Under the pieces are notes generated by a model, which saw nothing but the letters and a program-made list of their open reading frames with translations, was not told the DNA's origin and did not search any database. This document shows positions 1-8,970 of a stretch of DNA of 32,000 nucleotides, piece by piece. The DNA is taken from the NCBI RefSeq assembly GCF_000009705.1, contig NC_003272.1:2730001-2762000 (forward strand), written 5' to 3'. Numbering within the stretch: the first letter of the stretch is position 1; each line of letters opens with the position of its first letter. The stretch is from Nostoc sp. PCC 7120 = FACHB-418. Its GTDB lineage: Bacteria; Cyanobacteriota; Cyanobacteriia; Cyanobacteriales; Nostocaceae. The position numbers and the translations under genes were made by a program.

Positions 1-419
1 AACAGCCCTAATTAGTAGTTATGCCATTTAGACGCGCATTAGCTTACTCTCAAAAAATATCGCAAACCAAGAAGTATTGCTTCTGCTTGAGGTAAGAATT
101 CAGTTTGTCATAGTAATGTGGCAATCCCTAACTTAGGTAAGAATCGCCATATCGGGATATAGATAGAGCAAAATAGGATATCGCACACCTCTAACATTAA
201 GATTTCTCTTAATTTTGCCAGATTTCGCAGGCTGGTGGTCTTAAGTTACCATCAGCTATTTTGCCATGTGGTCAGGTGCAGCATTGATTTTCTGCAATAT
301 TCCCCACCCAAAATTGCCTCACTGACTACAGACGAATAGCTAATCGTGAATAACTAAAGATAAAATGGTGAAGCCCGAAAGGACAAAAGCTGCTCATCGC
401 TCAAACTTTACCTCCCACC

Positions 420-1157
420 ATGTCTGTTCATTCCAAGCTATACGAAGGCAAAGCTAAAATTCTCTATACTACCGACGAGCCAGAAGTCTTGCTGGCTGAT
501 TTTAAAGATGATGCCACTGCCTTTAACGCGCAAAAGCGCGGCAGTATCATTGGCAAAGGCAGAATAAATTGTAGTATTTCCAGCCAGCTTTTTCAGCAGT
601 TGGAAGCATCTGGGATCAAGACGCACTTTATTGATAGCCCTGCACCCAATCAAATGCGGGTGAAAGCCGTAAAAATCATACCGCTAGAAGTAGTAATACG
701 TAATATTGCTGCTGGTAGCTTATCTCAGCAAACAGGTATAGAGCTAGGTACAGTCTTAAAACAGCCCCTAGTAGAGTTTTATTATAAAAACGATCAGTTA
801 GGAGATCCACTATTAACACGCGATCGCCTGCTGTTAATGGAACTAGCCACGGCGGAACAAGTAGAGGAAATTACTCATCTAGCATTGCAAATAAACGATT
901 TCCTCAAAAACTTCTGGCAGAATTGCGGTATCACCCTAGTAGACTTCAAACTAGAATTCGGTTTGGACTCACAACAGCAAATACTCCTGGCTGATGAAAT
1001 TAGCCCTGATACCTGCCGTTTGTGGAACACAACAGAAGCCGACCCCAATCGCCGCGTTATGGATAAAGACCGTTTCCGGCGCGACCTGGGAAATGTAGAA
1101 GATGCTTATCAGGAGGTTTTACAAAGAGTACTAACAGCAGTAGAAATTAAAAATTAG
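420..1157 (+). CDS. purC: Phosphoribosylaminoimidazole-succinocarboxamide (SAICAR) synthase
   Basis: 245-aa ORF with an ATG start. The N-terminus (LYEGKAKILY), the GKG...N segment and overall length are typical of short bacterial PurC. Recognised by family-level similarity from memory. Confidence 0.9.
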   Translation: MSVHSKLYEGKAKILYTTDEPEVLLADFKDDATAFNAQKRGSIIGKGRINCSISSQLFQQLEASGIKTHFIDSPAPNQMRVKAVKIIPLEVVIRNIAAGSLSQQTGIELGTVLKQPLVEFYYKNDQLGDPLLTRDRLLLMELATAEQVEEITHLALQINDFLKNFWQNCGITLVDFKLEFGLDSQQQILLADEISPDTCRLWNTTEADPNRRVMDKDRFRRDLGNVEDAYQEVLQRVLTAVEIKN

Positions 1158-1285
1158 ATGTATCAGGAATAATTTTTGATTATTGCAAAACAAACAAGTA
1201 TATTTGTTTTTTTACCTTTGGCATAAACAAGCAATTGCCTGGTAATGGTGTGTGGATGTGAAGAGGAAGAAAGGAATTAAAGACG

Positions 1286-3808
1286 ATGCGTTTATCTCCC
1301 GTATTAGTGGCGGCTGTAGCAATCACAGCACCCTTGAGTAGTTCATTAACTGCAAATGCCCAAACTCCTACAAATTCAGAACAAACATTAGAGGCGATCG
1401 CCCCAGCGACAAATCAGCAGCCAGAACAAGATGTGCGTTCAGAATCCCCGGAGGATTTCACAACTGTCAAGGCGCTGGCAGATATGCAATCCCCATCTGT
1501 GGAATTCTCAACAGATAAGTCAACTAAATCCGCAGCAACGACGAAAAAAGATGTAATTGTACCCACTTTAGAGACATTAGTGGCTACAAAACCGCCCATT
1601 CAAGAAAGCAACCCTACGACTAAGATAGCGTCTGTAGAAATTGGCAAACCAACATCGACTGCGGTTTTTAGGAGTCAGTATCAGACAATAAATTATGGTA
1701 GTTATGGGCGATCGCTCACATCAGGTGTTAGCGCATCACCATCACCACAGAAAACAGCAAATTTACCCTCACCAGCTCCTAACCCCCTGGAAACTAGAGC
1801 GACAACAGCCAAGCAACTTGTACAAGCCCCAGAACAACCTGCACCCCAGCCAGAAGTAGCCCCCCCAACCACCGAGCAACCAGCACCTGCACCAGCCCCT
1901 GGGACTACACCAGGGACAGAAAATTTCAACACTCCTAACGCCACACCTGAAACCACAGAACCCCGTGTATTAGTTTCAGAAGTCCTCGTAAGACCGCAAT
2001 CAGGACAACTAACTCCCGAATTAGAAACCCAAGTTTATAACGTAATTCGTACTCAGCCAGGACGGACAACCACCCGTTCCCAGTTACAAGAAGATATTAA
2101 CGCTATCTTTGGCACAGGCTTTTTCTCCAACGTCCAAGCATCACCAGAAGATACACCATTAGGGGTGCGAGTCAGCTTCATCGTCCAGCCCAACCCCGTC
2201 TTAAGCAAAGTAGAAATTCAAGCCAACCCTGGGACTAACGTTCCCTCAGTCCTACCCCAGGCTACTGCTGATGAAATTTTCCGCGCTCAGTATGGCAAAA
2301 TTCTCAACTTGCGGGATTTACAAGAAGGGATTAAGGAATTAACCAAACGTTATCAAGACCAAGGTTACGTTCTCGCCAATGTTGTAGGCGCGCCCCAGGT
2401 TTCCGAAAATGGAGTTGTCACCCTGCAAGTAGCCGAAGGGGTCGTTGAGAATATTAGCGTCCGCTTTCGCAACAAAGAAGGACAGGATGTCAACGAACAA
2501 GGACAACCAATTCGGGGACGGACACAGGACTATATCATCACGCGAGAAGTGGAATTGAAACCAGGACAGGTATTCAACCGCAACACCGTCCAGAAAGACC
2601 TACAACGCGTATTCGGGACAGGATTGTTTGAAGATGTCAATGTTTCCCTTGACCCCGGTACAGACCCCACCAAGGTGAATGTGGTGGTAAATGTGGTAGA
2701 ACGCAGCAGTGGTTCAATTGCGGCTGGTGCTGGTATCAGTTCTTCTAGTGGTTTGTTTGGTACAGTCAGCTATCAACAGCAAAACCTCAACGGCAGAAAT
2801 CAAAAACTAGGCGCAGAAGTACAACTAGGCGAACGAGAATTGTTGTTTGACCTGCGGTTCACCGACCCTTGGATTGGTGGTGATCCTTACCGCACCTCTT
2901 ACACCGCCAATATTTTCCGCCGTCGTTCTATCTCCTTGATTTTCGACGGGAAGGACGAAGATATCAGAACATTCGACCCTGGTAATCCTAATGATACAAA
3001 CGGGCAAGACCGTCCTCGTGTCACCCGTCTAGGTGGTGGTGTTACCTTCACCCGCCCTCTATCGGCTAATCCTTTTGAAAGAGCAGAATGGACAGCCTCA
3101 GCAGGTTTGCAGTATCAGCGAGTTAGTACCCGCGATGCTGATGGTAACTTGAGAAAAGACGGGGCTGTGTTTGATGATAATGGCAACCGCACCAGTGAAA
3201 TCGTTCCCCTCAGCTTTTCTGGGACGGGAGAAGATGACTTATTACTAGTGCAACTAGGCGCACAGCGCGACCTCCGCAATAATCCCTTGCAGCCTACTAG
3301 CGGTTCTTTCTTACGTTTTGGTGTAGATCAATCAGTACCTGTCGGCTCAGGTAATATTTTCCTCACTAGGTTCCGGGGTAGCTACAGTCAATATCTCCCC
3401 GTGAAATTTACAGGTTTTAGCAAAGGGCCGGAAACCATAGCCTTTAACATCCAAGGTGGCACAGTCCTTGGTGATTTGCCCCCCTATGAAGCCTTTACCC
3501 TTGGTGGTAGTAACTCAGTACGTGGTTATGAAGAAGGTGCTTTAGGTAGCGGACGCAGTTTTGTGCAAGCATCTGTTGAGTATCGTTTTCCTGTTTTCTC
3601 TGTAGTTAGTGGCGCTCTATTTTTTGACGTTGGTAGCGACTTAGGAACCAGTACCAGAACTGCTGAAGTGCTGAATAAAAGCGGTAGCGGCTACGGTTAT
3701 GGTCTTGGTGTACGTGTGCAATCACCATTGGGGCCAATTCGTATTGACTATGGTATCAACGATGACGGTGATAGCCGCATCAATTTCGGTATTGGAGAAA
3801 GGTTTTAG
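1286..3808 (+). CDS. bamA: Omp85/BamA-family outer-membrane protein assembly factor (cyanobacterial Toc75-like Omp85)
   Basis: 840 aa. It has a signal peptide (MRLSPVLVAAVAITAPLSSSLTANA), a Pro/Thr/Glu-rich spacer and POTRA-like repeats. The C-terminal beta-barrel ends in INFGIGERF, with the terminal aromatic typical of OMPs. It is followed by lpxC-fabZ-lpxA-lpxB, as in known cyanobacterial omp85 loci (Anabaena alr2269/alr2270 from memory). Confidence 0.9.
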   Translation: MRLSPVLVAAVAITAPLSSSLTANAQTPTNSEQTLEAIAPATNQQPEQDVRSESPEDFTTVKALADMQSPSVEFSTDKSTKSAATTKKDVIVPTLETLVATKPPIQESNPTTKIASVEIGKPTSTAVFRSQYQTINYGSYGRSLTSGVSASPSPQKTANLPSPAPNPLETRATTAKQLVQAPEQPAPQPEVAPPTTEQPAPAPAPGTTPGTENFNTPNATPETTEPRVLVSEVLVRPQSGQLTPELETQVYNVIRTQPGRTTTRSQLQEDINAIFGTGFFSNVQASPEDTPLGVRVSFIVQPNPVLSKVEIQANPGTNVPSVLPQATADEIFRAQYGKILNLRDLQEGIKELTKRYQDQGYVLANVVGAPQVSENGVVTLQVAEGVVENISVRFRNKEGQDVNEQGQPIRGRTQDYIITREVELKPGQVFNRNTVQKDLQRVFGTGLFEDVNVSLDPGTDPTKVNVVVNVVERSSGSIAAGAGISSSSGLFGTVSYQQQNLNGRNQKLGAEVQLGERELLFDLRFTDPWIGGDPYRTSYTANIFRRRSISLIFDGKDEDIRTFDPGNPNDTNGQDRPRVTRLGGGVTFTRPLSANPFERAEWTASAGLQYQRVSTRDADGNLRKDGAVFDDNGNRTSEIVPLSFSGTGEDDLLLVQLGAQRDLRNNPLQPTSGSFLRFGVDQSVPVGSGNIFLTRFRGSYSQYLPVKFTGFSKGPETIAFNIQGGTVLGDLPPYEAFTLGGSNSVRGYEEGALGSGRSFVQASVEYRFPVFSVVSGALFFDVGSDLGTSTRTAEVLNKSGSGYGYGLGVRVQSPLGPIRIDYGINDDGDSRINFGIGERF

Positions 3809-3900
3809 GTTGCTTAACTGTTAACGGCTACGGATTTTCAGGGTGTTTACCAAAGATGAATTATGAATAACAAAAATCTCTATATACTGGCTGTATTCGT

Positions 3901-4743
3901 ATGAAACAGCACACTCTGGCAGAGGCGATCGCTCACACTGGAGTAGGGCTGCATAGTGGTGTCAGTACCCATGTACGCATACTACCTGCTGATGCGGGTA
4001 GTGGTCGTTACTTCGTGCGGGTGGATTTGCCAGACTCCCCAACTATTCCAGCCCAAGTGGCGGTAGTGAGTCAAACTGTTCTCTCCACTCAGTTGGGTGG
4101 AGGTGAAACAGGTGTGCGTACAGTCGAGCATTTATTAGCAGCCCTGGCGGGGATGGGTGTAGATAACGCCCGTATTGAAATTGATGGCCCAGAAATCCCG
4201 CTTTTAGATGGTTCAGCCCAGGAATGGGTAACGAGCATTGCTGAAGTTGGCTTAGTAGCCCAAGCAGTGACAAACAATCTAGCTTCCTTTGATATCCAAG
4301 AACCAATTTGGATTCATCAAGACGACGCTTTTGTAGCTGCTATCCCGGCATCCGAAACCCGCTTTAGTTACGGCATTGACTTTGACTTACCAGCCATTGG
4401 TAATCAATGGTACAGTTGGTCACTCACTACCGAGCCAGATACTAGCTTCGCTCAAGAAATTGCCCCTGCTCGTACTTTTGGTTTATTACATCAAATCGAA
4501 TATTTACAAAAGTCTGGGTTAATCAAAGGTGGTAGTTTGGATAATGCCCTTATTTGTGGCCCCGATGGCTGGGTAAATCCACCATTAAGATTTGCAAATG
4601 AGCCAGTACGTCATAAAATCTTGGATCTAGTAGGAGATTTGAGTTTACTGGGATATTTTCCCCGCGCTCATTTTCTAGCGTATAAAGCCAGCCATAATTT
4701 ACACATTCAACTGGCACAGCGAATTTTAGCTTTGAGTAACTAA
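3901..4743 (+). CDS. lpxC: UDP-3-O-acyl-N-acetylglucosamine deacetylase
   Basis: 280 aa. LpxC-type motifs are present: GVGLHSG near the N-terminus, TVEHLLAAL and [10 protein letters not shown]. It sits in a lipid A gene cluster. Confidence 0.92.
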   Translation: MKQHTLAEAIAHTGVGLHSGVSTHVRILPADAGSGRYFVRVDLPDSPTIPAQVAVVSQTVLSTQLGGGETGVRTVEHLLAALAGMGVDNARIEIDGPEIPLLDGSAQEWVTSIAEVGLVAQAVTNNLASFDIQEPIWIHQDDAFVAAIPASETRFSYGIDFDLPAIGNQWYSWSLTTEPDTSFAQEIAPARTFGLLHQIEYLQKSGLIKGGSLDNALICGPDGWVNPPLRFANEPVRHKILDLVGDLSLLGYFPRAHFLAYKASHNLHIQLAQRILALSN

Positions 4744-4819
4744 ATTTCGGCTTGGAGCTAAAATTCCTTGTTACACGTACCTACATTCATGACAAGATTA
4801 CAAATTAACCACCTTGCCA

Positions 4820-5335
4820 ATGTCAACCCTCTCTGAAGTGAAAGCACCCACATCTACAGAACAACCCGCCACTAATGAGGCGACGACACCACCCGAAATT
4901 AAAACGACTTTTACATCTGAAGAAATTCAGAAATTATTACCCCACCGCTACCCGTTCTTGCTTGTAGACAAAATTATTGACTACACACCAGGAAAACAGG
5001 CAGTAGGTATTAAAAATGTCACTATTAACGAGCCACATTTCACCGGTCATTTCCCAGATAGACCACTAATGCCAGGAGTACTAATTGTCGAAGCAATGGC
5101 TCAAGTAGGTGGTATTGTGATGACGCAACTGCCAGGCTTAGAAGGTGGTTTATTTGTATTCGCGGGTATTGATAAAGTCCGTTTCCGCCGTCAAGTAGTA
5201 CCAGGAGACCAACTGGTAATGACAGTGGAACTGTTATGGATTAAACAACGTCGTTTCGGTAAAATGCAAGCCCGTGCAGAAGTTGACGGTCAACTAGCAG
5301 CCGAAGGCGAATTAATGTTTTCGCTGATCAACTAG
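4820..5335 (+). CDS. fabZ: 3-hydroxyacyl-ACP dehydratase
   Basis: Hot-dog fold signature: [12 protein letters not shown], then [26 protein letters not shown]. The ORF track begins at TTG 4814. ATG 4820 (MSTLSE...) is preferred, but either start is possible. Confidence 0.9.
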
Positions 5336-5583
5336 CAAATAGCTTTCGTGGTATCGGTACAACCGTGAAGTACTTTTACTCAACCCTGAAACAGGATACC
5401 AGTAAAAAAAAATAGCCACAAGAGCATCTTATAATTTCTTGATTTTCGCCGCTCACACACTCAACTTGCTTCGCCCGACACTTTCGCTCACTGACCATTT
5501 ACATACTCAGCAACGCCAGAGGCTGAAACTTTGACAACCAAAGCAAAGCACTGGCTCCTCAAGACAGTTCTGGAGATTCACCC

Positions 5584-6402
5584 TTGAAGACGCTTATTCA
5601 TCCAACTGCTGTAATTCATCCAAATTCGGAACTGCACCCAACGGTGCAAGTCGGTGCTTATGCTGTGATTGGAGCGCACGTCAAAGTCGGCCCGGAAACA
5701 ATTATTGGCGCTCATGCTGTGATAGAAGGGCCTTGTGAGATTGGGGCGCGAAATCAGATTTTTACAGGTGCAGCTATCGGCATGGAACCGCAGGATCTCA
5801 AGTTTGTGGGAGAACCAACCTGGGTCAAAATTGGCGACAATAACTTGATTCGGGAGTATGTCACCATTAACCGGGCAACTGGAGCAGGAGAAGCCACAAT
5901 TATTGGCAATAATAATTTGTTAATGGCTTACACTCACGTAGCTCATAATTGTGTAGTTGAAGACTCCGTAGTCATAGCCAACTCTGTCGCTTTGGCTGGT
6001 CATGTCCACATCGAATCACGCGCTAGGTTAAGCGGTGTTTTAGGTGTTCATCAATTCGTACGTATTGGTAGACAGGCAATGGTAGGTGGAATGGCACGAA
6101 TTGACCGTGATGTACCGCCATATATGTTGGTAGAAGGTAATCCAGGCAGGATTAGAACCCTCAATTTGGTGGGACTCAAGCGCTCTGGTATGGAAGCCAG
6201 CGACCTGCAACTGCTCAAAAAAGCTTTTCGTATCCTTTACCGTTCTAACTTGCTCTTTAAAGAAGCATTAGAAGAGTTGGAAACCTTAGGTGATACAGAA
6301 CACTTACAACACCTGCGCCGCTTCCTATTGCTATCACAAATGCCAGGAAGACGGGGCTTAATTCCCGGCAGAGGAAAATCGGGTGGGAGTGATGAATCAT
6401 AG
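5584..6402 (+). CDS. lpxA: Acyl-ACP--UDP-N-acetylglucosamine O-acyltransferase
   Basis: 272 aa. It has a left-handed beta-helix hexapeptide repeat pattern (IHPTAVIHPNSELHPTVQVGAYAVIGAHVKVG...) and an LpxA-type C-terminal helical domain. The only in-frame start after the upstream stop at 5524-5526 is TTG 5584. Confidence 0.88.
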   Translation: MKTLIHPTAVIHPNSELHPTVQVGAYAVIGAHVKVGPETIIGAHAVIEGPCEIGARNQIFTGAAIGMEPQDLKFVGEPTWVKIGDNNLIREYVTINRATGAGEATIIGNNNLLMAYTHVAHNCVVEDSVVIANSVALAGHVHIESRARLSGVLGVHQFVRIGRQAMVGGMARIDRDVPPYMLVEGNPGRIRTLNLVGLKRSGMEASDLQLLKKAFRILYRSNLLFKEALEELETLGDTEHLQHLRRFLLLSQMPGRRGLIPGRGKSGGSDES

Positions 6403-6476
6403 GCAGGAGGTAGGAAGCAGAGGAGCCGGGTGGCAGGGGGCAGGGGGCAGGGGAGCAGGGGAGCAGAGGAGAGAAG
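6403..6476 (+). repeat. G-rich short tandem repeat tract (CAGGGGG / CAGGGGAG units)
   Basis: Direct reading gives CAGGGGG (6434-6440), CAGGGGG (6441-6447), CAGGGGAG (6448-6455), CAGGGGAG (6456-6463) and CAGAGGAG (6464-6471). Degenerate copies lie upstream. Four G-runs at 6436-6461 fit a G4 motif. Confidence 0.8.
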
Positions 6477-6497
6477 TTACTCAACGATTTTCCCCTT

Positions 6498-6574
6498 CCC
6501 CAGTCCCCAATCCCCAATCCCTAATCCCCAATCCCTAATCCCCAATCCCTAATCCCCAATCCCTAATCCCTAAT
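6498..6574 (+). repeat. STRR-type heptamer tandem array, 11 units of CCCCAGT/CCCCAAT/CCCTAAT
   Basis: Eleven contiguous 7-nt units were counted from 6498 to 6574 in the lpxA-lpxB spacer, ending 6 nt before the lpxB ATG. They match the CCCCA(A/G)T-type short tandemly repeated repetitive sequences known from heterocystous cyanobacteria. Confidence 0.9.
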
Positions 6575-6580
6575 ATTAAA

Positions 6581-7735
6581 ATGCGGATATTTATTAGCAC
6601 TGGCGAAGTTTCTGGCGATTTGCAAGGGGCGCTGTTGATTGCGGCGCTGCAACGTCAGGCTGTGGCTCTGGGGGTGGAGTTAGAGATTGTGGCTCTGGGT
6701 GGCGACAAAATGGCGGCTGCTGGGGCAACTATTTTGGGCAATACCAGTGGTATTGGTTCAATGGGGATTTTTGAATCTCTGCCCTATGTTGTGCCTACTT
6801 TGATAGTACAACGACGAGCGATCGCCTATTTAAAACAAAACCCCCCAGATTTAGTAGTGCTGATTGATTACATGGGGCCAAATCTTGGCGTTGGGACTTA
6901 TATGCAGAAGCATTTACCCCATGTGCCTGTAGCCTATTACATCGCGCCCCAAGAGTGGGTTTGGTCGATGAGTTTGCGGAATACATCCCGAATAGTTGGT
7001 TTTACAGATAAATTATTGGCAATTTTTCCAGAAGAAGCACGTTATTTTAGTCACAACGGTGCTGATGTTACCTGGGTAGGACATCCTTTAATTGACCGAA
7101 TGCAGGAGGTTCTTAGCAGAGAAGAAGCTCGCGCAAAGTTAGGAATTACACCAGAACAAAAAGCGATCGCTCTTTTGCCCGCTTCCCGTAAGCAAGAGTT
7201 AAAATATTTACTACCACCAATTTTCCAAGCTGCCCAAAATATTCAAGCTAAATTACCAGAGGCGCATTTTTGGATTCCCCTGTCGTTGGAAGTTTACAGA
7301 CAACCAATCGAAGCAGCCATCAAAAGTTACGGTTTACAAGCAACAATTGTATCTGGTCAACAAAAAGAAGTATTTGCGGCGGCTGATATCGCCATTACCA
7401 AATCTGGCACAGTTAATTTAGAACTTGCCCTGTTGAACATACCGCAAGTTGTAGTTTATCGCTTACATCCTGTCACCGTTTGGATTGCGCGGAAAATCCT
7501 TAAAGGTTCTATCCCTTTTGCCTCGCCACCTAATTTAGTGGTAATGAAACCAATTGTGCCAGAGTTGTTACAAGAACAAGCAACCCCAGAGAATATTACG
7601 CAAGCATCGATGGAATTATTGCTCAATTACGAGCGCCGTAAGCAAACCTTGGCAGACTATCAAGAAATGCGCCAATGTTTGGGAGAATTAGGAGTATGCG
7701 ATCGCGCAGCTCAAGAAATTTTGCAAATGCTTTAG
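6581..7735 (+). CDS. lpxB: Lipid-A-disaccharide synthase
   Basis: 384 aa. The N-terminus IFISTGEVSGDLQGA and the VGHPL motif are typical of LpxB. It completes the lpx cluster. Confidence 0.9.
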   Translation: MRIFISTGEVSGDLQGALLIAALQRQAVALGVELEIVALGGDKMAAAGATILGNTSGIGSMGIFESLPYVVPTLIVQRRAIAYLKQNPPDLVVLIDYMGPNLGVGTYMQKHLPHVPVAYYIAPQEWVWSMSLRNTSRIVGFTDKLLAIFPEEARYFSHNGADVTWVGHPLIDRMQEVLSREEARAKLGITPEQKAIALLPASRKQELKYLLPPIFQAAQNIQAKLPEAHFWIPLSLEVYRQPIEAAIKSYGLQATIVSGQQKEVFAAADIAITKSGTVNLELALLNIPQVVVYRLHPVTVWIARKILKGSIPFASPPNLVVMKPIVPELLQEQATPENITQASMELLLNYERRKQTLADYQEMRQCLGELGVCDRAAQEILQML

Positions 7736-8045
7736 AGCGTGCTGGCTCAAGTCGCTTCTCTACAAGATGTTGCGCGTTAATAGCGCAGGCGTAACGCTCC
7801 AAATTCAAAATTCAAAAAAGGTCAATGGTTTGTATAACCTGTTTCACTATTTTTGGGTGCAATTATTGGTAATATTGGTGGCAAGTATTATGTCTTAGCT
7901 CTCCATTCTGGCTCAAACCGAGTGAATGGATTGTTACTCAACCGTGCAGTAGAAATGTCTCGTTTGGATGAGTGGTTACAAAAAAACTAGAAAGTTAGTC
8001 TGGTATTCATACTGGATTTTTGAAATGTCAACTAGATACAGCCCA

Positions 8046-8630
8046 TTACAAATTGCCATAACTAGGTAGACTCAACTTAAATCCAGGCAATATATTTTCA
8101 CCCGATAATTCTGTGGGTAGATTCTGCACTTCTACATCTTGGCTTTGACGATATATTTCTACTTGCTGCTGTTGGGGGTTAATTAACCATCCTAACTGCA
8201 CACCTGCATCTATATATTCCCGCATTTTCTGACGTAGCTTTTCCAAGTCGTCTGTTGCCGACCTTAACTCAATGACAAAATCTGGTGCAATGGGGGGAAA
8301 TTTACGTCTTTGTTCGGGAGTCAGGCTTTCCCAGCGTTCCCGACGAATCCACGAAGCATCGGGAGAACGGTCTGCGCCATTGGGTAATTTAAATATGGTA
8401 GAAGAACTGAACGTATAACCGAGTCCCGTTTGACGATTCCAAATACCCAAATCAATAATTAAATCTGCTTCTCGATTACCACTTTCACCGCCAACGGGAG
8501 GCATAATAATCAATTCTCTAGTGGCAGTACGTTCAAACTTCCATTCACTGTTATTTTGACATAGTTGATAGAACTGTTCGTCTGTGAGGTGAACGGTGTC
8601 TAGGTTTAATGTCAAAGGACTGATAACCAT
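8046..8630 (-). CDS. Uma2-family (DUF820) PD-(D/E)xK putative endonuclease
   Basis: 194 aa. The pattern ...ELIIMPPVGGESG..., then PDFVIELRSATD, is characteristic of the Uma2 family, which is highly expanded in cyanobacteria. Confidence 0.85.
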   Translation of the reverse strand: MVISPLTLNLDTVHLTDEQFYQLCQNNSEWKFERTATRELIIMPPVGGESGNREADLIIDLGIWNRQTGLGYTFSSSTIFKLPNGADRSPDASWIRRERWESLTPEQRRKFPPIAPDFVIELRSATDDLEKLRQKMREYIDAGVQLGWLINPQQQQVEIYRQSQDVEVQNLPTELSGENILPGFKLSLPSYGNL

Positions 8631-8666
8631 AAAGATAATTAAGATAGCGATCGCAGTAATATAGCT

Positions 8667-8694
8667 GTTGATGGTTGACGGTTGACGGTTGACA
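8667..8694 (+). repeat. Heptamer tandem repeat GTTGA(T/C)(G/A), 4 units
   Basis: Reads GTTGATG GTTGACG GTTGACG GTTGACA in the divergent Uma2/methyltransferase spacer. This is an STRR-like short tandem repeat. Confidence 0.8.
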
Positions 8695-8970
8695 GACTTT
8701 AAAGCTTTTTATTGTCAGAGCTTTATTTTAGCTTGATGTCCTAATCCATCTGGCTACGGCTCTACTATTCTAATTCTTCTTGAATCACCAAAACAGTCCT
8801 GAAATCTTGAGTCGAAAGCACTGAGTCACAACAATTACAGATAAACCATGATGATTTACATATTCATCTTGTTATAGAATATACTAATTTTAATTTTCCT
8901 AAGAATAGTTTAATTAATCGCTGATTCAACAATCTGTATTACGGTTTATCTTTCAGCGTTTGCATCATCA

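Noticed and set aside
90-144. 10-nt direct repeat AGGTAAGAAT at 90-99 and 135-144, upstream of purC.
   Set aside because: A single short AT-rich repeat pair of this kind is expected by chance about once in a window of this size. No associated structure or ORF is present.
1-419. Search for a tRNA, riboswitch or partial gene in the 419 nt upstream of purC.
   Set aside because: No ORF of 60 aa or more, cloverleaf-like structure or recognisable riboswitch core was found by eye. It cannot be excluded without covariance-model scanning.
438-653. Antisense or embedded ORFs of 60-111 aa. They lie at 438-653, 1414-1599, 1702-1956, 2825-3007, 4043-4306, 4089-4277, 6795-6986, 9774-9971, 11103-11333, 11977-12162, 12851-13036, 14034-14216, 14796-15047, 14834-15040, 16362-16622, 17158-17340, 19434-19643, 19900-20082, 23480-23662, 25168-25503, 27659-27850, 27867-28067, 29595-29789 and 31013-31243.
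   Set aside because: All lie inside or opposite strongly supported genes. They have low-complexity or unrecognisable translations and are best explained as shadow ORFs.
1187-1213. Hairpin AAAACAAA-loop-TTTGTTTT plus a T-run after purC. Also a small hairpin GCTGA-AAA-TCAGC at 17487-17499 in the convergent gap between the REC-PP2C and response regulator genes.
   Set aside because: The stems are very short or almost entirely A-U, so predicted stability is too low to call terminators without folding energies or 3'-end data.
6257-6517. 86-aa minus-strand ORF (MGIGDWGRGKS...) spanning the lpxA 3' end and the repeat tracts.
   Set aside because: Its translation is simply the reverse complement of the G-rich/C-rich tandem repeats and the lpxA coding strand, so it is not a credible gene.
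6498-6574. Possibility that the heptamer array is a CRISPR array or a telomere-type element.
   Set aside because: The 7-nt units are contiguous with no spacers, no cas genes are present, and the replicon context is an ordinary chromosomal operon. This fits the known cyanobacterial STRR class.
7623-7808. 61-aa minus-strand ORF overlapping the lpxB 3' end and the palindromic element.
   Set aside because: It overlaps lpxB antisense and translates a repeat or palindrome. No start context or family resemblance is present.
7853-7990. Small open frame (LGAIIGNIGGKYYVLALHSGSNRVNGLLLNRAVEMSRLDEWLQKN) in the lpxB-Uma2 gap.
   Set aside because: It has no ATG or GTG start (only a TTG), no visible ribosome-binding site and no family resemblance. 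It could be a gene remnant, but that cannot be supported.
8848-8877. 9-codon hydrophobic mini-ORF (MMIYIFILL) upstream of the methyltransferase.
   Set aside because: It is too short and lacks supporting signals. This is probably a chance occurrence in an AT-rich spacer.
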